Below are positions 1-12,575 of a stretch of 64,000 nt of DNA, piece by piece (position 1 is the first letter of the stretch; each line of letters starts with the position of its first letter). The DNA is taken from the NCBI GenBank assembly GCA_002269645.1, contig NIVC01002969.1, positions 1 to 64,000 on the forward strand. The letters run 5' to 3'. This DNA is from Macrostomum lignano. Taxonomy: Eukaryota. The notes under the pieces are model-generated. The model worked only from the letters and a program-made list of their open reading frames with translations, ran no database searches and was not told the DNA's origin. The position numbers and the translations under genes were made by a program.

Positions 1-776
1 AAAACGGTAATAATCACTGCGGTTTTGTTTTTTTGTTCGAAACTAGTTGCCATGCGAGTCCAAAATATTTTTCAAATGCGGTTTGTTCCTCTGTTCAATT
101 TTTTTTGTTATAGTAGCACATCATTTCAAATATTCGACTTTTCGAACTCGAACTTTTGTCTAGGGGGAGGGAGTGTCATGAATGTGTTATGACAGTGTGC
201 TCTTTGCTAAGTTGCTGCACCGGGCCAGTGGGCCGTCCTCTCCCTCCCCCCTCCTTAGAATTTTCTGACTCACCCACCTGCACTTCTGCGCGTGCGTACC
301 CCTCCCCTCCCTGCTAGACCTTTTCTGTTGAGTCAACCCCCATGCTCTGCGTGCGACCCCCCCCCTGTGCGACCCGCCCCATTATTTTGTTAGCTTTGGC
401 TGCCCGCCCCTGTTTGTGATTGGCCAGTCCCAGTCTGCCGTGCTGCGCCCCGGCGATTGGCTGGTACAGCTCATGCGTTGCCTTGGCTGATGTCTAAGCC
501 CCTTTTCTGCCTTTATCCGCGCCCTCAACCCCCAGTTTGCTGCCTATTTATTCAGAGCCCCGTGAGACCCGCATTCTCGTTGTCTTCGTGGCTCCTCGGC
601 GATTGTGCCAGCGTTGGTTGCGGAATTGCTATTCTCGCCGAATTGCTAGAAAATATATAAGTAAAGAATATCGAGATCACCACTGCTCTGACGGCGCTGT
701 TTCTTGTACGACTGAAATCGCGGGCTGGTAAGCCTTCAATTTGCACGTCATTTGGGTCTGCATCTGTACTAGGCAC

Positions 777-1172
777 CTTAGAGGATTAACTGCGTCGTAC
801 GCCGGTCCCACCCCAAGCAGCTCTGCGTCGTACGCAAGTCTGTAGGCTGTCGGCGTCGTACGCTCGAACAGCCTAGTCCCGACGGACACGCGTCGTACGC
901 GTGTCAGTGAGGCGTAGCCAGGGTCAGTACACGAACCCGAGTCTGGAAAGGGGCACGAAAGGACCGAGCCCTTGAGCCCCATCATCACACTAAGGTGTAG
1001 GTGGATTGTTTAAACTGAATTTCAGGTAGTCTAATTCCATAGTCAAAAGTCTTTGGGACATCAAAATGCAGAAAAGCGACTTACCGCCTTGCTTGTATTG
1101 AAAGTCAGCACGGTTCACGGACTCCGATTGAAACGATTGAAACGGCTCGGTAGGTGGCGCAATCCAGGACAT
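777..1172 (-). CDS. Tentative two-exon 5' part of a small gene (exon 1 1172-1085, exon 2 942-777+), possibly a ciliary microtubule-inner-protein-like product
   Basis: ATG at 1172, MSWIAPPTEPFQSFQSESVNRADFQYKQG|GTAAGT donor (phase 1); pyrimidine-rich acceptor ...CCCCTTTCCAG at 944-943 continues in frame DSGSCTDPG...TTPTAYRLAYD; perfect X-box 253 bp upstream. Downstream structure unresolved. Confidence 0.4.
792..900. repeat. Four exact copies of 11-mer GCGTCGTACGC (792, 825, 853, 890) with unique spacers
   Basis: Read directly; start-to-start spacing 33, 28, 37 bp. Confidence 0.9.
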
Positions 1173-1424
1173 TCTGGCGGGCAAACTGGGAAGATAAGCA
1201 GATCAATGTATCCACAGGATGGGTATTTCTACAGTCGCAGCAGATGCGCGGAATCCGTGAGTGGCGATTTATACATCCGAGACCCGCAGAGGGACTGTCT
1301 GTGCAGGCGGAAATATAAAACTCTCAGTGTCCTTCAAAGCGTCGCAAAGGACTGGGGGAGAGGGGAGAGCAATTGGGTGGAGGGAAGGGCAGGTCGGAGA
1401 GAAGCCATCGGCAGGAGCGCGCCG

Positions 1425-1438
1425 GTTGCTATGGCAAC
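1425..1438. promoter_or_regulatory. RFX X-box GTTGCTATGGCAAC
   Basis: Matches the established palindromic RFX consensus GTTGCYATRGCAAC. Confidence 0.7.
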
Positions 1439-1646
1439 TAGCAGAGAATTGGGGCGCGGGATACAGGGGAAGAGAAATCGATTTTCTCCTGAGTATAGAG
1501 AAAAGGGGGAAGGAGGGCGTCAGTAGGTACTCAGTTCCTGCTAAGCCGAGCGACTGCAGGGGGCGAGACAGGAAAATACAAAGCGCCGCTCCACACAATC
1601 AGCAGGAGGAGCGGGCGAGCTGGCAGTCAAGCAGGGACAGATTTCA

Positions 1647-1660
1647 GTAGCCATGGCAAC
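1647..1660. promoter_or_regulatory. Second X-box-like site GTAGCCATGGCAAC
   Basis: One mismatch to RFX consensus, ~220 bp from the first site. Confidence 0.55.
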
Positions 1661-2637
1661 TGGCCAGGCCGTGTGGCACTGAAGGCGCGAGTGCGAGGAG
1701 GCGGAAGCGTGCGACTTGAGCAAATCCAATTAGAGCTGCTGAGAACAGTGAGAATCGGTCCCGGAACTGAGCACTGTCGCAAAAGAGAAATAACTAATGG
1801 CCAGCATAGCACCGTCAGGTGGAATTGATTGCGATAAAACGCGGGCGCAGCGGCGCACGTTAAATGAAATCCGAAGCGAGGCGATTCGCAACGCAATATT
1901 GCAGCCAGTGTATTTGCGGGAAGCTTAAAAACAGGACAAAATGCAGGCCGCGCAAGGCGAAATGCAAGGGCAAACGGACCAGCGCGAGCACAATAGAAGG
2001 GCGCACAGCACAAAGAGCAAAGTTGCACGAAAATGAAGGGCAAAAGCAAGTAAAAATCAGGCAAGAACAAAGCGGGCTCAGCAGGTTCGATGCGGCATTC
2101 AAGTGGCAGATTAGCACAGGCAGGCTAAACAGGCCAGCAAGCGATAGAAAGAAGGGGATACCAAAAGCAGAAAAAGCACAGAAAATAATGCAGATAACTG
2201 TACTGGGAAAGGCTATAACAATATAAATGCTACTGACGGCAGTTCAGAACTGGCCAATGGGGCAAAGGCGGTGCAAAAACGCGAGTGGTGCTGCTCATCA
2301 ATACAAAAAAAACAAACTCTTGGAAGCGAAACGAAGCGGAAGGAGGGAGCTGGCATGGAGAAATGTGGGCGAATCAAAATAATTTGGGTAGAATAATTTT
2401 TAATATAACAGGAATGCAGCCGCACGCCACAAAGGCGAATGCAGCAGATGAAAGCGCATGAACTCACGAGCTCACAGAGCTAACAGACAGTCCCCAGATC
2501 TTATAAAAAATAAATGCGACTGCCAGGGGCCAGAAACTGATTACTAACAGTAGTTAGTGCACAGAGCTGCATGTGAAACCCAAAATGTAAAAATACAAGC
2601 AAACTCAGAAGCAATATAAAAGCAAACTTGGCTCAGC

Positions 2638-4595
2638 TCAGCCCAGGTAAGAAAGAGAGTGGGCGTCTAGCAGGTCATAGCAGAGGCAGTGGAGCAGCCG
2701 CTGCAGGCTGAGCCTGCGCAGAGGGTCCGGATGCAGCAGCGCAGTGACGCACTGGTACAGCAGGGAGTCCATGTCGGCCGGTCGGTCCACTTCGCCGCGC
2801 TCTAGCAGCCGCAGCCGCGCCTCGCCATCACTGGGGCTGTCCGTGGACTCCGGCACGTGACCGCCCGCGGCCTCGAACACGCACAGACCCAGGGAGAAAT
2901 TGTCCACCAGACGAGGGTCCGGGTGCCGTCCGAGGTCCAGGGCGTCCATTGGCATGAAGCGGCCGTTGCCGTCCTCCAGGTTCTCCAGGTCAGCCGTGTC
3001 CCTGGCATGGCCGAAGTCGCCCAGCTTGAAAAGCAGCCGCTCCCGGAGGTCAGGCATCATGGCAGCCAGCCTACCGTGCCGCTCCGACAGCGGCATCGCA
3101 GGTGGCAGGCTGGCCCTCGGTGCCCTGATGAGGATGTTGCTTGTGCTGCAGTCCAGATGGGCCAAGCCCTCAGAGTGCATGAAGGCCAGGGCGCTGCCGA
3201 TGTCCCGCACCAGGTGGCGCAGGCGCTCGTCGGGCAGGCGGACGCGGCAGGCGAGGTACTGGCGCAGCGCCAGGCCGTTGCAGTACTCCAGTTGGATGTA
3301 CAGTCGGTCGAACTGCACCCAACAACCGTAGTACTCCACTATGTTGGGATGGCGCTCACTTAGCCCGGCCATCGCCCACACCTCCTAAAATTCGAGCGAG
3401 TTCGAATTGCATGCCACAGGGATAACTACCTGGCCTCCACCATACCGCAGGGACCACCAGAATGCAACTCATGCCACAGGGATAACTACTTGGCCTCCAC
3501 CATACCGCAGGGACCACCAGAATGCAACTCATGCCACAGGGATAACTACCTGGCCTCCACCATACCACAGGGACCACCAGAATGCAACTCATGCCACAGG
3601 GATAACTACTTGGCCTCCATCATACCGGTGACCACCAGCATGCAAATCATGCCAATATGGGATAACTACCTGGCCTTCAGCGTGTCACAGACCTCCAGAA
3701 AACTTACCTGGATGCCCTCCTTGGCCTGAGCAGAGGCGCTGGGACCGTCACGAGTTTTTTGCGGCAGGGCGGTCTTGAGGCAGTACACCCGGCCGTCCAG
3801 CCGTTGATGGCGGTGAACACGAAGCCAAAGGAGCCGCTGGCAACGGCCCTGGTGTTGTCCTCATCAGTGAGGTCGAACTCGGTGTAAAGCCGGTCGGAGT
3901 TCAGCAGCCGTTCGTCCATCAGCCGAGGCGCTTGGCCCGGCGTCAAGGCGAGTTTCCGCCTGCCTTCGGGGTGCACCGGTTGATGTTGGAACCGGACAGG
4001 CAGCGGATGGCCTGGCAGTTCCTGTACATGCGGCTCTGCTCACTGCGCACACTCAGCAGCAACTCCGGTGCCTGCGGGCCCGACTGGCCAACTGGAGTAG
4101 CGGGCGGGGCGGCTGCCGCTGCTCGGGGCTCGCAGATGTTTCGCTAGCGTCATCGTCAAAGCGCAGCACCCGACAGACGTCGGCACCGAAGGCCAGCTTT
4201 GCCGGCGCTGTTCGCAGCAACTGCAGCTCCTTGCGCCGCGTAAACATGACCTCCTCCATCTGGACGGTCTCAAAGAACTCCTGCTCTTGCTCCTGCACAG
4301 CAGTCAGCTGCCATTGCTGCTGATGGCCGGCCAGCTGCTGAGGCACAGCCGAGTGAGCCAGGCCAGAGTCGCAGTACTCCACCTGCTCGACCGCGTTCGG
4401 TGACAAATCCAGGTCGGGATTCGAGCAAGAAGACGAGCTGAGGTATTCCGTCAGGTCCTGGCGAGGCGTTGAGGCACTCTTGGTCGGCTCAATGGAGTGG
4501 AACAGTGCCATGCAGGGCGGTTCGCCGCGGTCCTCGCAGCCCGAGGTGTCCATGAGACAGTTTTCAAATGACAAATCAGCCGGTCGTGACTCCAT
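2638..4595 (-). CDS. wee1: Wee1-like protein kinase, 2 exons (4595-3708, 3384-2638), ~545 aa after repairing three 1-bp deletions (~4100, ~3969, ~3802)
   Basis: SNINRCTP (cf. Wee1 NINPFTP), RLYTEF...ASGSFGFV...RLDGRVYCLK, QEVWAMAGL..HPNIVEYY..W.....LYIQLEYCNG, HLDCSTSNILI, KLGDFGHA, EDGNGRFMP; intron 3707-3385 CAG|GTAAGT...TTTTAG in phase 0. Confidence 0.85.
3407..3675. repeat. 60-bp minisatellite (~4.5 copies) filling the Wee1-like intron
   Basis: Unit TGCAACTCATGCCACAGGGATAACTACCTGGCCTCCACCATACCGCAGGGACCACCAGAA. Confidence 0.95.
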
Positions 4596-7500
4596 TGCTT
4601 TCTGCAAGCAAGAATTGCTGGTTGGTGCAAGCAAGAGTTTACAAGTGAAACGAGAGTTTCAACCAAGTGTAATTTTAGCTGTACAGTGTTTTAAATCTAT
4701 AAAGGCCTTAAAGAAGGGTTAAAAAACTTGATTTAAATTTTAAAGCTAGTTGAAAGGTAAAATTCGATATAAAAGCATGCTAAGACGTCAAAGAAAACTG
4801 GTCATGCATGCAAAATAAAATTTTCAGTTTAAGCCAACTGTCTTTAGTATCTTATAGTGAACAATAGGGTTGTTAAAAAGCCAGATGCCTAAAAAAGTCG
4901 ATGAGGTAACAGTTGATATGCTAAGATAATGGTAGTAAGGCCTATGGGAAGTCTTAGTTAAAAGGCTAGGAATAATTTCTAAAACAAATATATTGTGTCT
5001 TATTATGCATTTATCCAAGTGTCTACAAAATAATGTATTTTTCATATGCATAATACATATACTTGTACCAACAAAATTTTGCACAATTTTTAAAAGTAAA
5101 AGCATAATTATGATTGTTTAAAATTAAAAAAAAATTCGAAGCTTTGATAGAACAACCTGACCTTATAGTACTTTTCTGCTTATTCATTTTTAGGTATATT
5201 TTAAAATACCAAAAAGTATTTTGTCTACAAAAAAGCACAAAAATGATATACTGGTACAATGGTATAGCTAAGATAACAATAGGATTTCTTTAGTCTTGTA
5301 GTGGGATTTGTAGAGTTAAGATGTTTTAATTGCTTTATAAGCTTTTTAGAATACACATAAGATAAATGAACAGGTTTGTAAGCTTGAATACAGTTTTATT
5401 TTTGCTTAACAATTTAGAAGTAAGGTCTGGTTATTATACTAATAGCTATCAGCTCATCACCTTTGAAATATAGTTTAGTACAAAAGCAGCATTTTTTTCT
5501 AGAAATAAGAAGCTATTTTTATATTTCTATGAACTATAATTATTGCTACTTTTGTTAAGATAAATGTGGATAGTCAGTAGTTCTAAACTTTTATATCTAT
5601 GTTTTGGTAGATATTTTCAAGGATATAAATTTATCTATCATTTCACTGTACATATTCTTAGGCATGACTTTTGGACTTATGGTAAGCATATATAGTACAT
5701 TATAGAACTGAACTGTATGGAATCTGCCTTGTTTGTAAAAATGGACAAAAAAGGACAGCATCAGCTTTTCAAATTATTACATATTATTACAAATTATTAT
5801 TACAATTGTTTCTAATGCAATTGCAATTGGTAAAAGTAGTTATTTTACTCAATAAACACTACTACTACAATATAGCAAAAAAAACAACAAACAAGGAAGC
5901 TGAAGTCTAGGAAATATTCTAGATATTCTAGATGAATCTAGTTTTATATTTTTCAAGTTTTTCTATAGATATCTAAGAAGTCTGAGTGCATTCAATCAAA
6001 ACTACTTTCACTACTTGTTGCTAGCTTATTGACTTACTATAAGTCTATAGTTGAGTTCCTACAACATTCGTCTAAACTTTTGTTTGCATTGCATGTTTTT
6101 TTAAAGATATTAAAGTTGATATAGAAATGAAAGTTGCAATTATAAATTTGTGTAAAATCCATACTTACAATGATATCCTTTTGCCAGGAAAATTCTGATG
6201 CACAGAAGCCTTCTCAGGCTTCTCAGCACATGTGGCATAGATGGCATAGTTGCAACATAGTGGCATAACATAAGGCAGACTGTGCAATATTTAAAATGCA
6301 GCATATCAAATATAAAAGAAAAAGCATATTTAAATTAAAAATCTATGTATTAGACTATGTTGGAATATAGTTTAAATATTTTAATTTTAGAAAAAAATAT
6401 AGAGTTTACAATTTATTTTTTTGTCTTTATCACCTTAAAATTTACATACTTTAGTAATTTCATTGGACAAATATAGCAATATAACTAAATATATATTTCA
6501 ACAAATGTTGGCTTATAATAATATAGACTGGTGCATATCATCATCCTGTATCTATCTATTATTTTTTATCTATTCTGCTTTATATTATATAACTAAATAG
6601 GAAAAGTTTTTATGTATGTATATATACGAGCTATATATATAAGTATTGTATGTATATAATCAATTTTAAAAGATTTATCCAACCATTTTTTTCAAGCTTG
6701 CACTTTTTATTCAAAAATTCTTATGAATTAGTACAGTTCTCTTGGCTAAAAGATTGCTCCATTTTAAAGGGATTAAGTATAAAAAGCATGCCTTTTTGCA
6801 AAGGTCAAGTAGATTTTTTCAAATTGAAATACATTATAAGAATGTTGGAGAAAAAAACTGACTGGCTAAATTTTTTTTCTAAAAAGATTGCATCCTAACT
6901 GGATTGTAACTCTAACTTAAATTGTGCTACTGTGTTGAAAACACAGTGTGGAAAGATAGCACAAGACTTGATTTAAATGGAGTAACACATTGTTAACTTT
7001 AATTGAGACTGATACCAACTTCTTGAGAAATTGATTGTCAACTGCTTTGTGTGATATATTCTTAGCTTTGAGTATTGAAAGTGTTGAATTATTTTGAATT
7101 ATAAGTGCTACAAAGATAGCCCAAAGGTGAACAGGCTAAACTAGGCCTACTAATGTAGCAACATGGGTTCAAATTTTCAGTCTAGAGTTTATTATTAAAA
7201 CTTTTTTGCTGTCAAGAAACTAAAGAACACTTTAAAAGAAGCATCATGTAAAACATTAAAAATGAATTAAGTAAAGCATAAAAGAAGTGCCATGTAAAAA
7301 CCTTATATATAATCTTATTTACACTATTGTATACATTTTAGTATAGTGTACATCATTAGTATACACAACCTAGCACTTAAAGTCAACTTGAATGAAAAGT
7401 ACACTTACACATTCAAATAATTATAAAAATGTAAATGGACCCAAGATAATTGACAATAAATATATTGATTTTAAGCTCCAAGCTCACTAACAATTAAGTA

Positions 7501-8099
7501 TCGTTTCTTTAGCTTTAATGAGTCCAAGGTACACCTCATTTTCCTTGACTTTTTATGAATTCATAAAATCATAATAAACTCATACTTAATATATTTAATT
7601 TAATTTGAATTGCTCAAAGTGGAATCAATTGTTTGAATTGTTGAAGCCAAGTATTACTAAGGTACATAATCACTTAAACAGAAATGCTAGTGTGCAATGA
7701 TTCTTGCACCAAAATGTGAGTATCTATGTTTAGAAGTTTGGAACAATTCAAATTTATAATGCATTTGTAAAGCCTAGCACAAAATATAACAATACCTTCA
7801 ATATTGTAACTGCAGCTTTTGTAAGTTCTTCTTTTCAATGGATATTTAAAATTTATATCATATTAGCAATGTAGTGCCATCCTTTGGGGTGTTCAATAAG
7901 CAAGAAGCAAAAATTACTCATACAAATCTGTAAAGAAACATTTTCTTGAGAAACAACTTTTTTGGTTTTATAGATTATCTTATTCAAGTAAAATTGTCAT
8001 AGACAAAGATGTTTGCTAGGCCTATGAAACTTTTGTTAGGGCCTATCTAAAAGTAAATAAGTATGCAATAAAATAAAGCCTTCAAAAAGATAATATATG

Positions 8100-8460
8100 T
8101 TCCCCCTAAGTTGAAAACATTCCCCAGATGGCAAATATCACCTAGATAGCAAGCAACCCCAAACAGCAAGTATCTACCAATAGCAAGCAACCTTAGAAAG
8201 CAATCACCCCCCAATAGTAAGTAAGCATATCCTAGGCCTAATAGCAAGCAACCCCAGACAGTGAGACAGCAAGTATCCTCTAAAAGCAAGCATTCCCAGA
8301 TAGGCCTAGCAAGCAACCAAAAAAGCAATCATCCTTCAGATAACAAACATCCCCCAAAAGTAAGTACCTCAAACAACAAGCATCTCCCAATAGAATAGCA
8401 AACAACCCTAGATAGCAAGCATCCCTCAACAGCAAGCAACCCCAAACAGTAAACAAACAA
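8100..8460. repeat. Degenerate ~20-bp tandem repeat (AGATAGCAAGCAWCCCC family)
   Basis: Repeated TAGCAAGCA/ACCCC motifs; same family recurs at 14090-14190 and 14776-14970. Confidence 0.8.
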
Positions 8461-8839
8461 AATTATGCTTAGATTAGAAAAGCTGACATCCTATTTTAAC
8501 TCTTTTTGCATGAATTGCAATATTTAACTATGAAAAATTAGCCTTACTAGCTATATAGTAGCTATAGCCTATACTTTAATTTTTCTTCTCAAACAAAAAG
8601 TCATTTTGTCTGCTAGCAGACAAAAAGGTAGCAGACAAAATGACTACAACTGTGTACCTTTTAGCATAGGCATTGCCATTATATACATAGTCATACTCAT
8701 ACGTCATAGCTATAAATGTTTTTTTTACCTTAATACTATATGAATAATATATAGTATTATATATATATAATTTTAGATAATTAGGTTAATTGAATAAGTT
8801 TGAAAACTCCTACAATTTTTTAAGTAAAGTAAATGTAGA

Positions 8840-9134
8840 GGTAATGGCTAGAGTTCCGGCACCGAAACCCGTTTTCTAACAGCTAAGGATCCGGCAGTGC
8901 TGTATAGAAGCATATAAAGACTGCTAAGAACATATCTTAACTTAAGAAGTCTGAATATTAGAAGCATCTCGTCCCGAATCTTATCATATCGTCTTAAATT
9001 TTAATCTAGAATAAAATCTTAATATCGGCCACCTGAAGAAAGAAAAATATAATGTTCCATCTATATTATAATGGCACTGCCGGATCCGTAGCCGTTAGAA
9101 AATGGGTTCCGGTGCCGGAACTCTAGCCATTGCC
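8840..9134. mobile_element. 295-bp MITE with ~61-bp TIRs and 9-bp TSD (Mutator/MULE-like)
   Basis: TIRs 8840-8900 and 9074-9134 (GGTAATGGCTAGAGTTCCGGCACCG...); AAATGTAGA duplicated at 8831-8839 and 9135-9143. Confidence 0.9.
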
Positions 9135-11279
9135 AAATGTAGACTACAATAAATAAAATTATGTGCTATGTTTTTTATGATTTACGCTATACATAATTTG
9201 TCCAAGGACGACGACTTAAGTCGTCCTTGCCTTCTACTTAAGTCGTCCTTGAATTTGTCATTCCAAGAAAGACACTATAATATTTTTTGAATAGAATAAT
9301 TTTCTATGCCATGTATATAATTTTTTCTAGTTATATAGTTTTTAATAATATTACAAACTTATTTAATATATAAAAATATACGCTTCTTTCTATAATTTGT
9401 TTTAATCTACATTTTTATGCTTAAAGTTTAATTGTGTGTGTGTGAGTAAAAAATACTTCTTATATCACGTACATATGCAGCGCAGCCGCCAGCCAGACTG
9501 ACTAAAGGTCTAAATAAAGCATTGATGTCTATCTTAGCCAAAAAGTTCTTGTGCAAGTGGTGCATACTCTATGACAGATTTGTTATCTAGATATTACAAT
9601 ACTAGACTCTAGTAGGTATTCTAGAGGCTACCAAATATAATATGGATAGCATTGACATGATAGACTGGCTTACCTAATATTAATAAAGAATAAAATGTCA
9701 TATGAAGTCCTATGAAGAAAAAAAGGCACCTGTATATTAGGGCTAGGGAGCAGAGCACTGGCTCAAACTATCTGCTAGGCCTATCTAAGACTTATTTTAT
9801 CCAATATAATATATACTTTAACTGTAAACCTAAACTAAAAACAAAGTGCTTCAAAAAATATATAGATGCCAATCTGATTTCAAACTCACTATCATTAATG
9901 CTCTATACACAAATTCTAATCTTTTAGCTTTAACATAGTTTTTAATTAGTGGTGGAGATCAAATTTTCTGGCATTCCTTTGTCTTTGATTCATGATTATT
10001 TCAAACAGTGATAACCACCACTTAAAATAGTTGTAAGACATAAAAGCTGACAATAGTTTCAAATGAAAAAAAATCAAAAGTTGGCAAACTAACCTTGTTT
10101 ATTTCAAAGGATAGTAAGAGTATTGTAACTTATATATTGCTATTTTGCAGTTTTTAATTACCTAAATATACATTTCCTATTAAAATGATTTTAAACCAAA
10201 GCTAGCTATAGGAAAGGCTATCAAATAGTCCCACATGTCATTGTCTGTCAAGTAGCAAGTTTGAGCTAGTAGCTTATTATATCATCTTTGGTTTATAATT
10301 ACTTCTACACATGCACTTTACTAAAATTATTGCAAACTAAAGCTAGCAATATTACATTTACTCTAAGTACATATGCATTACATAGGTGGAATAGGCCTAC
10401 AATATTATTGTTAACCTAGTTTTAACTTTGGTTCACGATCATTTTTTATGTGCATTACACATTCAAATGATCATATACCAAAGCTGATATATAAGTATTA
10501 TCCAAAATACCACACTTTCAATTTTGCATATTTTTTATTAGCCGGTTTTGAACATGCCATTTTTGTGCTTCAAAAATAACAAAACTAATTTTTTATACAA
10601 AGTTAAAGTATAGTATAGACTCAGTAGCATTTTGCTATAAGCTCATTATCATTTATCAAAAAATACTTGCAAATCACAATAGATATATAAAAAATATATA
10701 TTTTTTAAAACTTAGAAAATTGCTAAAATTAGACCTATGCTTTTATATAGCATTTAAAGTCTAGTTAAAGCTTTCATTGAAAACATATTAAAGCAAGGCA
10801 TTTAAAATATCATTTAAAACAGTCAATAGACAATAGTCAATATGACATTATAGACAATGTCAATTTTCTTTTTTGTAGTGCCTAAACAAACTTGGATTTT
10901 CTTAGTAACTTATTGAACTATATGTTATATGCAATTTTGGATCTAGGACATGACAAGATGCTTCTTGGCAACAAATGTTTTAGCAACACACAACAAGTCA
11001 TATCGGCAACAGATGTTGCAGTAATTTAATTATAGCATAGTAGATAGAGTTCCTAACTTTGTTATAGTCATTTTAATGCGTCACTAAGGACTAGGGGCCT
11101 TAGGCTACAGGCATAGTGCTGTCATATCTACTTTTCTAAACCATGCCACAGTAAAAATTGAAAGCCATTGTAATGTAATCTACACAAATCAAAATACCCT
11201 GCCGGCTACCAAAAATGAATTTTAGATACTGTGCCAATGCAACATTGCAATGAAATCACTGGCCATGCTGTACACAACC

Positions 11280-12495
11280 TCCTATTTTGAACAAAGTCTT
11301 GTTCAAAAGAAACAAGCAGAACTTTAATTCAAACACTTTAAGAAATATCAGCCCTTGTGGAAATTCAATTTAAACAAAGTCCTTTTCTATTGAAATAGAA
11401 GAACTTCAATTCAGACTGTTTGTGGCCAAAATTGTCCTTGAGTGATGCGCATGCACATATTTGAAATTCAAAAGAAACAAAGTCACACTCTATTTCAACA
11501 CAGGGATAAAACATAGCATATCGACAAACATAAGAGTAAAATGAAAAACAGGAACAAGACAGTGTTAGTTGGCCAACTTAAGACACCTAACCATCAATTG
11601 CCTGTCCACCAATGCAGCAAGGTATGTATGTAAACACATGGTTTAATCACTTAGTGCATTTGTCCACAGAGATGCAGCCAATGGTTCTGTCCACCATGTT
11701 GTACAGAATGTCTCACCAATAGGCCGCCATTGACTGATTCCCATGCTGCTCAGCTATCGGAGTGATGAAATTTTGCTGGTCTGTTGCCAGTTTTCTCTTC
11801 AGAGTGTCCTTCTAATAGGAGATTGAGTTCTCCACAGGAATCAAAAATGGACTGTATGGTAGAAGCCACTTGACCTGAATGGTGTCTGGAATCTTATAGG
11901 CTGCTTTTCCACTCTCCTTGACCTCACAATTGTGTTTGCTGTTGACCTCTTGACTCCAAGTTGGTGCGCCAGTTCCACAAGTCATCCCCAAACAATCAGC
12001 AGCCCTGATGATATAGTCTCTGTCACTGTTGCTTAAACAATAGCGCACTGCCAAGACTGCTGTTCCATGATATCTTCATTGAATTCTGCTTCAAATTCAT
12101 TGATTCCATCTTCTTCTAGCAATTCATCGTCTTCTTCAATCTGATCTTATAGCATTCATATCATTTCTTGTTGTGCAACGACTGTACAGTTATGCAGTAT
12201 AGGGAAAACAAAAAAATTAGACTAATGTACTAAAATGTACTTGTTATGAAATTTCACCTATGTGCAAAAATCTCTGTCAAAATAGAATGTGATTTTGTTT
12301 CTTTTGAATTTCAAATCTGTGCATGCGCGTCACTCAAGGACAATTTTGGCCACAGACAGTCTGAATTGAAGTTCTTCTGTTTCAATAGAAAGGGACTTTG
12401 TTTGAATTGAATTTCCACAAGGGCTGTTATTTATTAAAGTGTTTAAATTGAAGTTTTGCTTGTTCCTTTTGAACAAGACTTTGTTCAAAATAGGA
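11280..12495 (-). mobile_element. Non-autonomous Tc1/IS630-like element with ~210-bp imperfect TIRs and a transposase remnant
   Basis: Inverted repeats ~11280-11493 and ~12283-12495; internal KWLLPYSPFLIPVENS resembles the Tc1/IS630 LPPYSPxLNPIE motif. Confidence 0.7.
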
Positions 12496-12505
12496 ATTAA
12501 AATGG

Positions 12506-12575
12506 TGTAGTAGTAGTAAGAATTTAGCTTAGGCAATTAGCCTGGCATGTGCCACTAAGGTGGGGCGGAGAAAAT
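12506..12575 (-). mobile_element. LINE 3'-end relic with (TAC)n tail
   Basis: GTAGTAGTAGTAAG..TTAGCTTAGGCAATTAGCCTG resembles the 3' end of the full LINE at 15670-15715. Confidence 0.5.

Noticed and set aside
792-900. CRISPR-like repeat-spacer array
   Set aside because: Repeats only 11 bp, spacers 17-26 bp and irregular, eukaryotic context, no cas genes.
1053-2467. Several 100-157-aa ORFs on both strands
   Set aside because: No recognisable motifs or splice support; the region contains X-boxes and low-complexity purine-rich sequence typical of promoter/UTR.
2638-4595. Calling the Wee1-like gene a pseudogene
   Set aside because: Three -1 deletions at C-runs, no nonsense codons and intact splice sites favour assembly error; left open pending reads.
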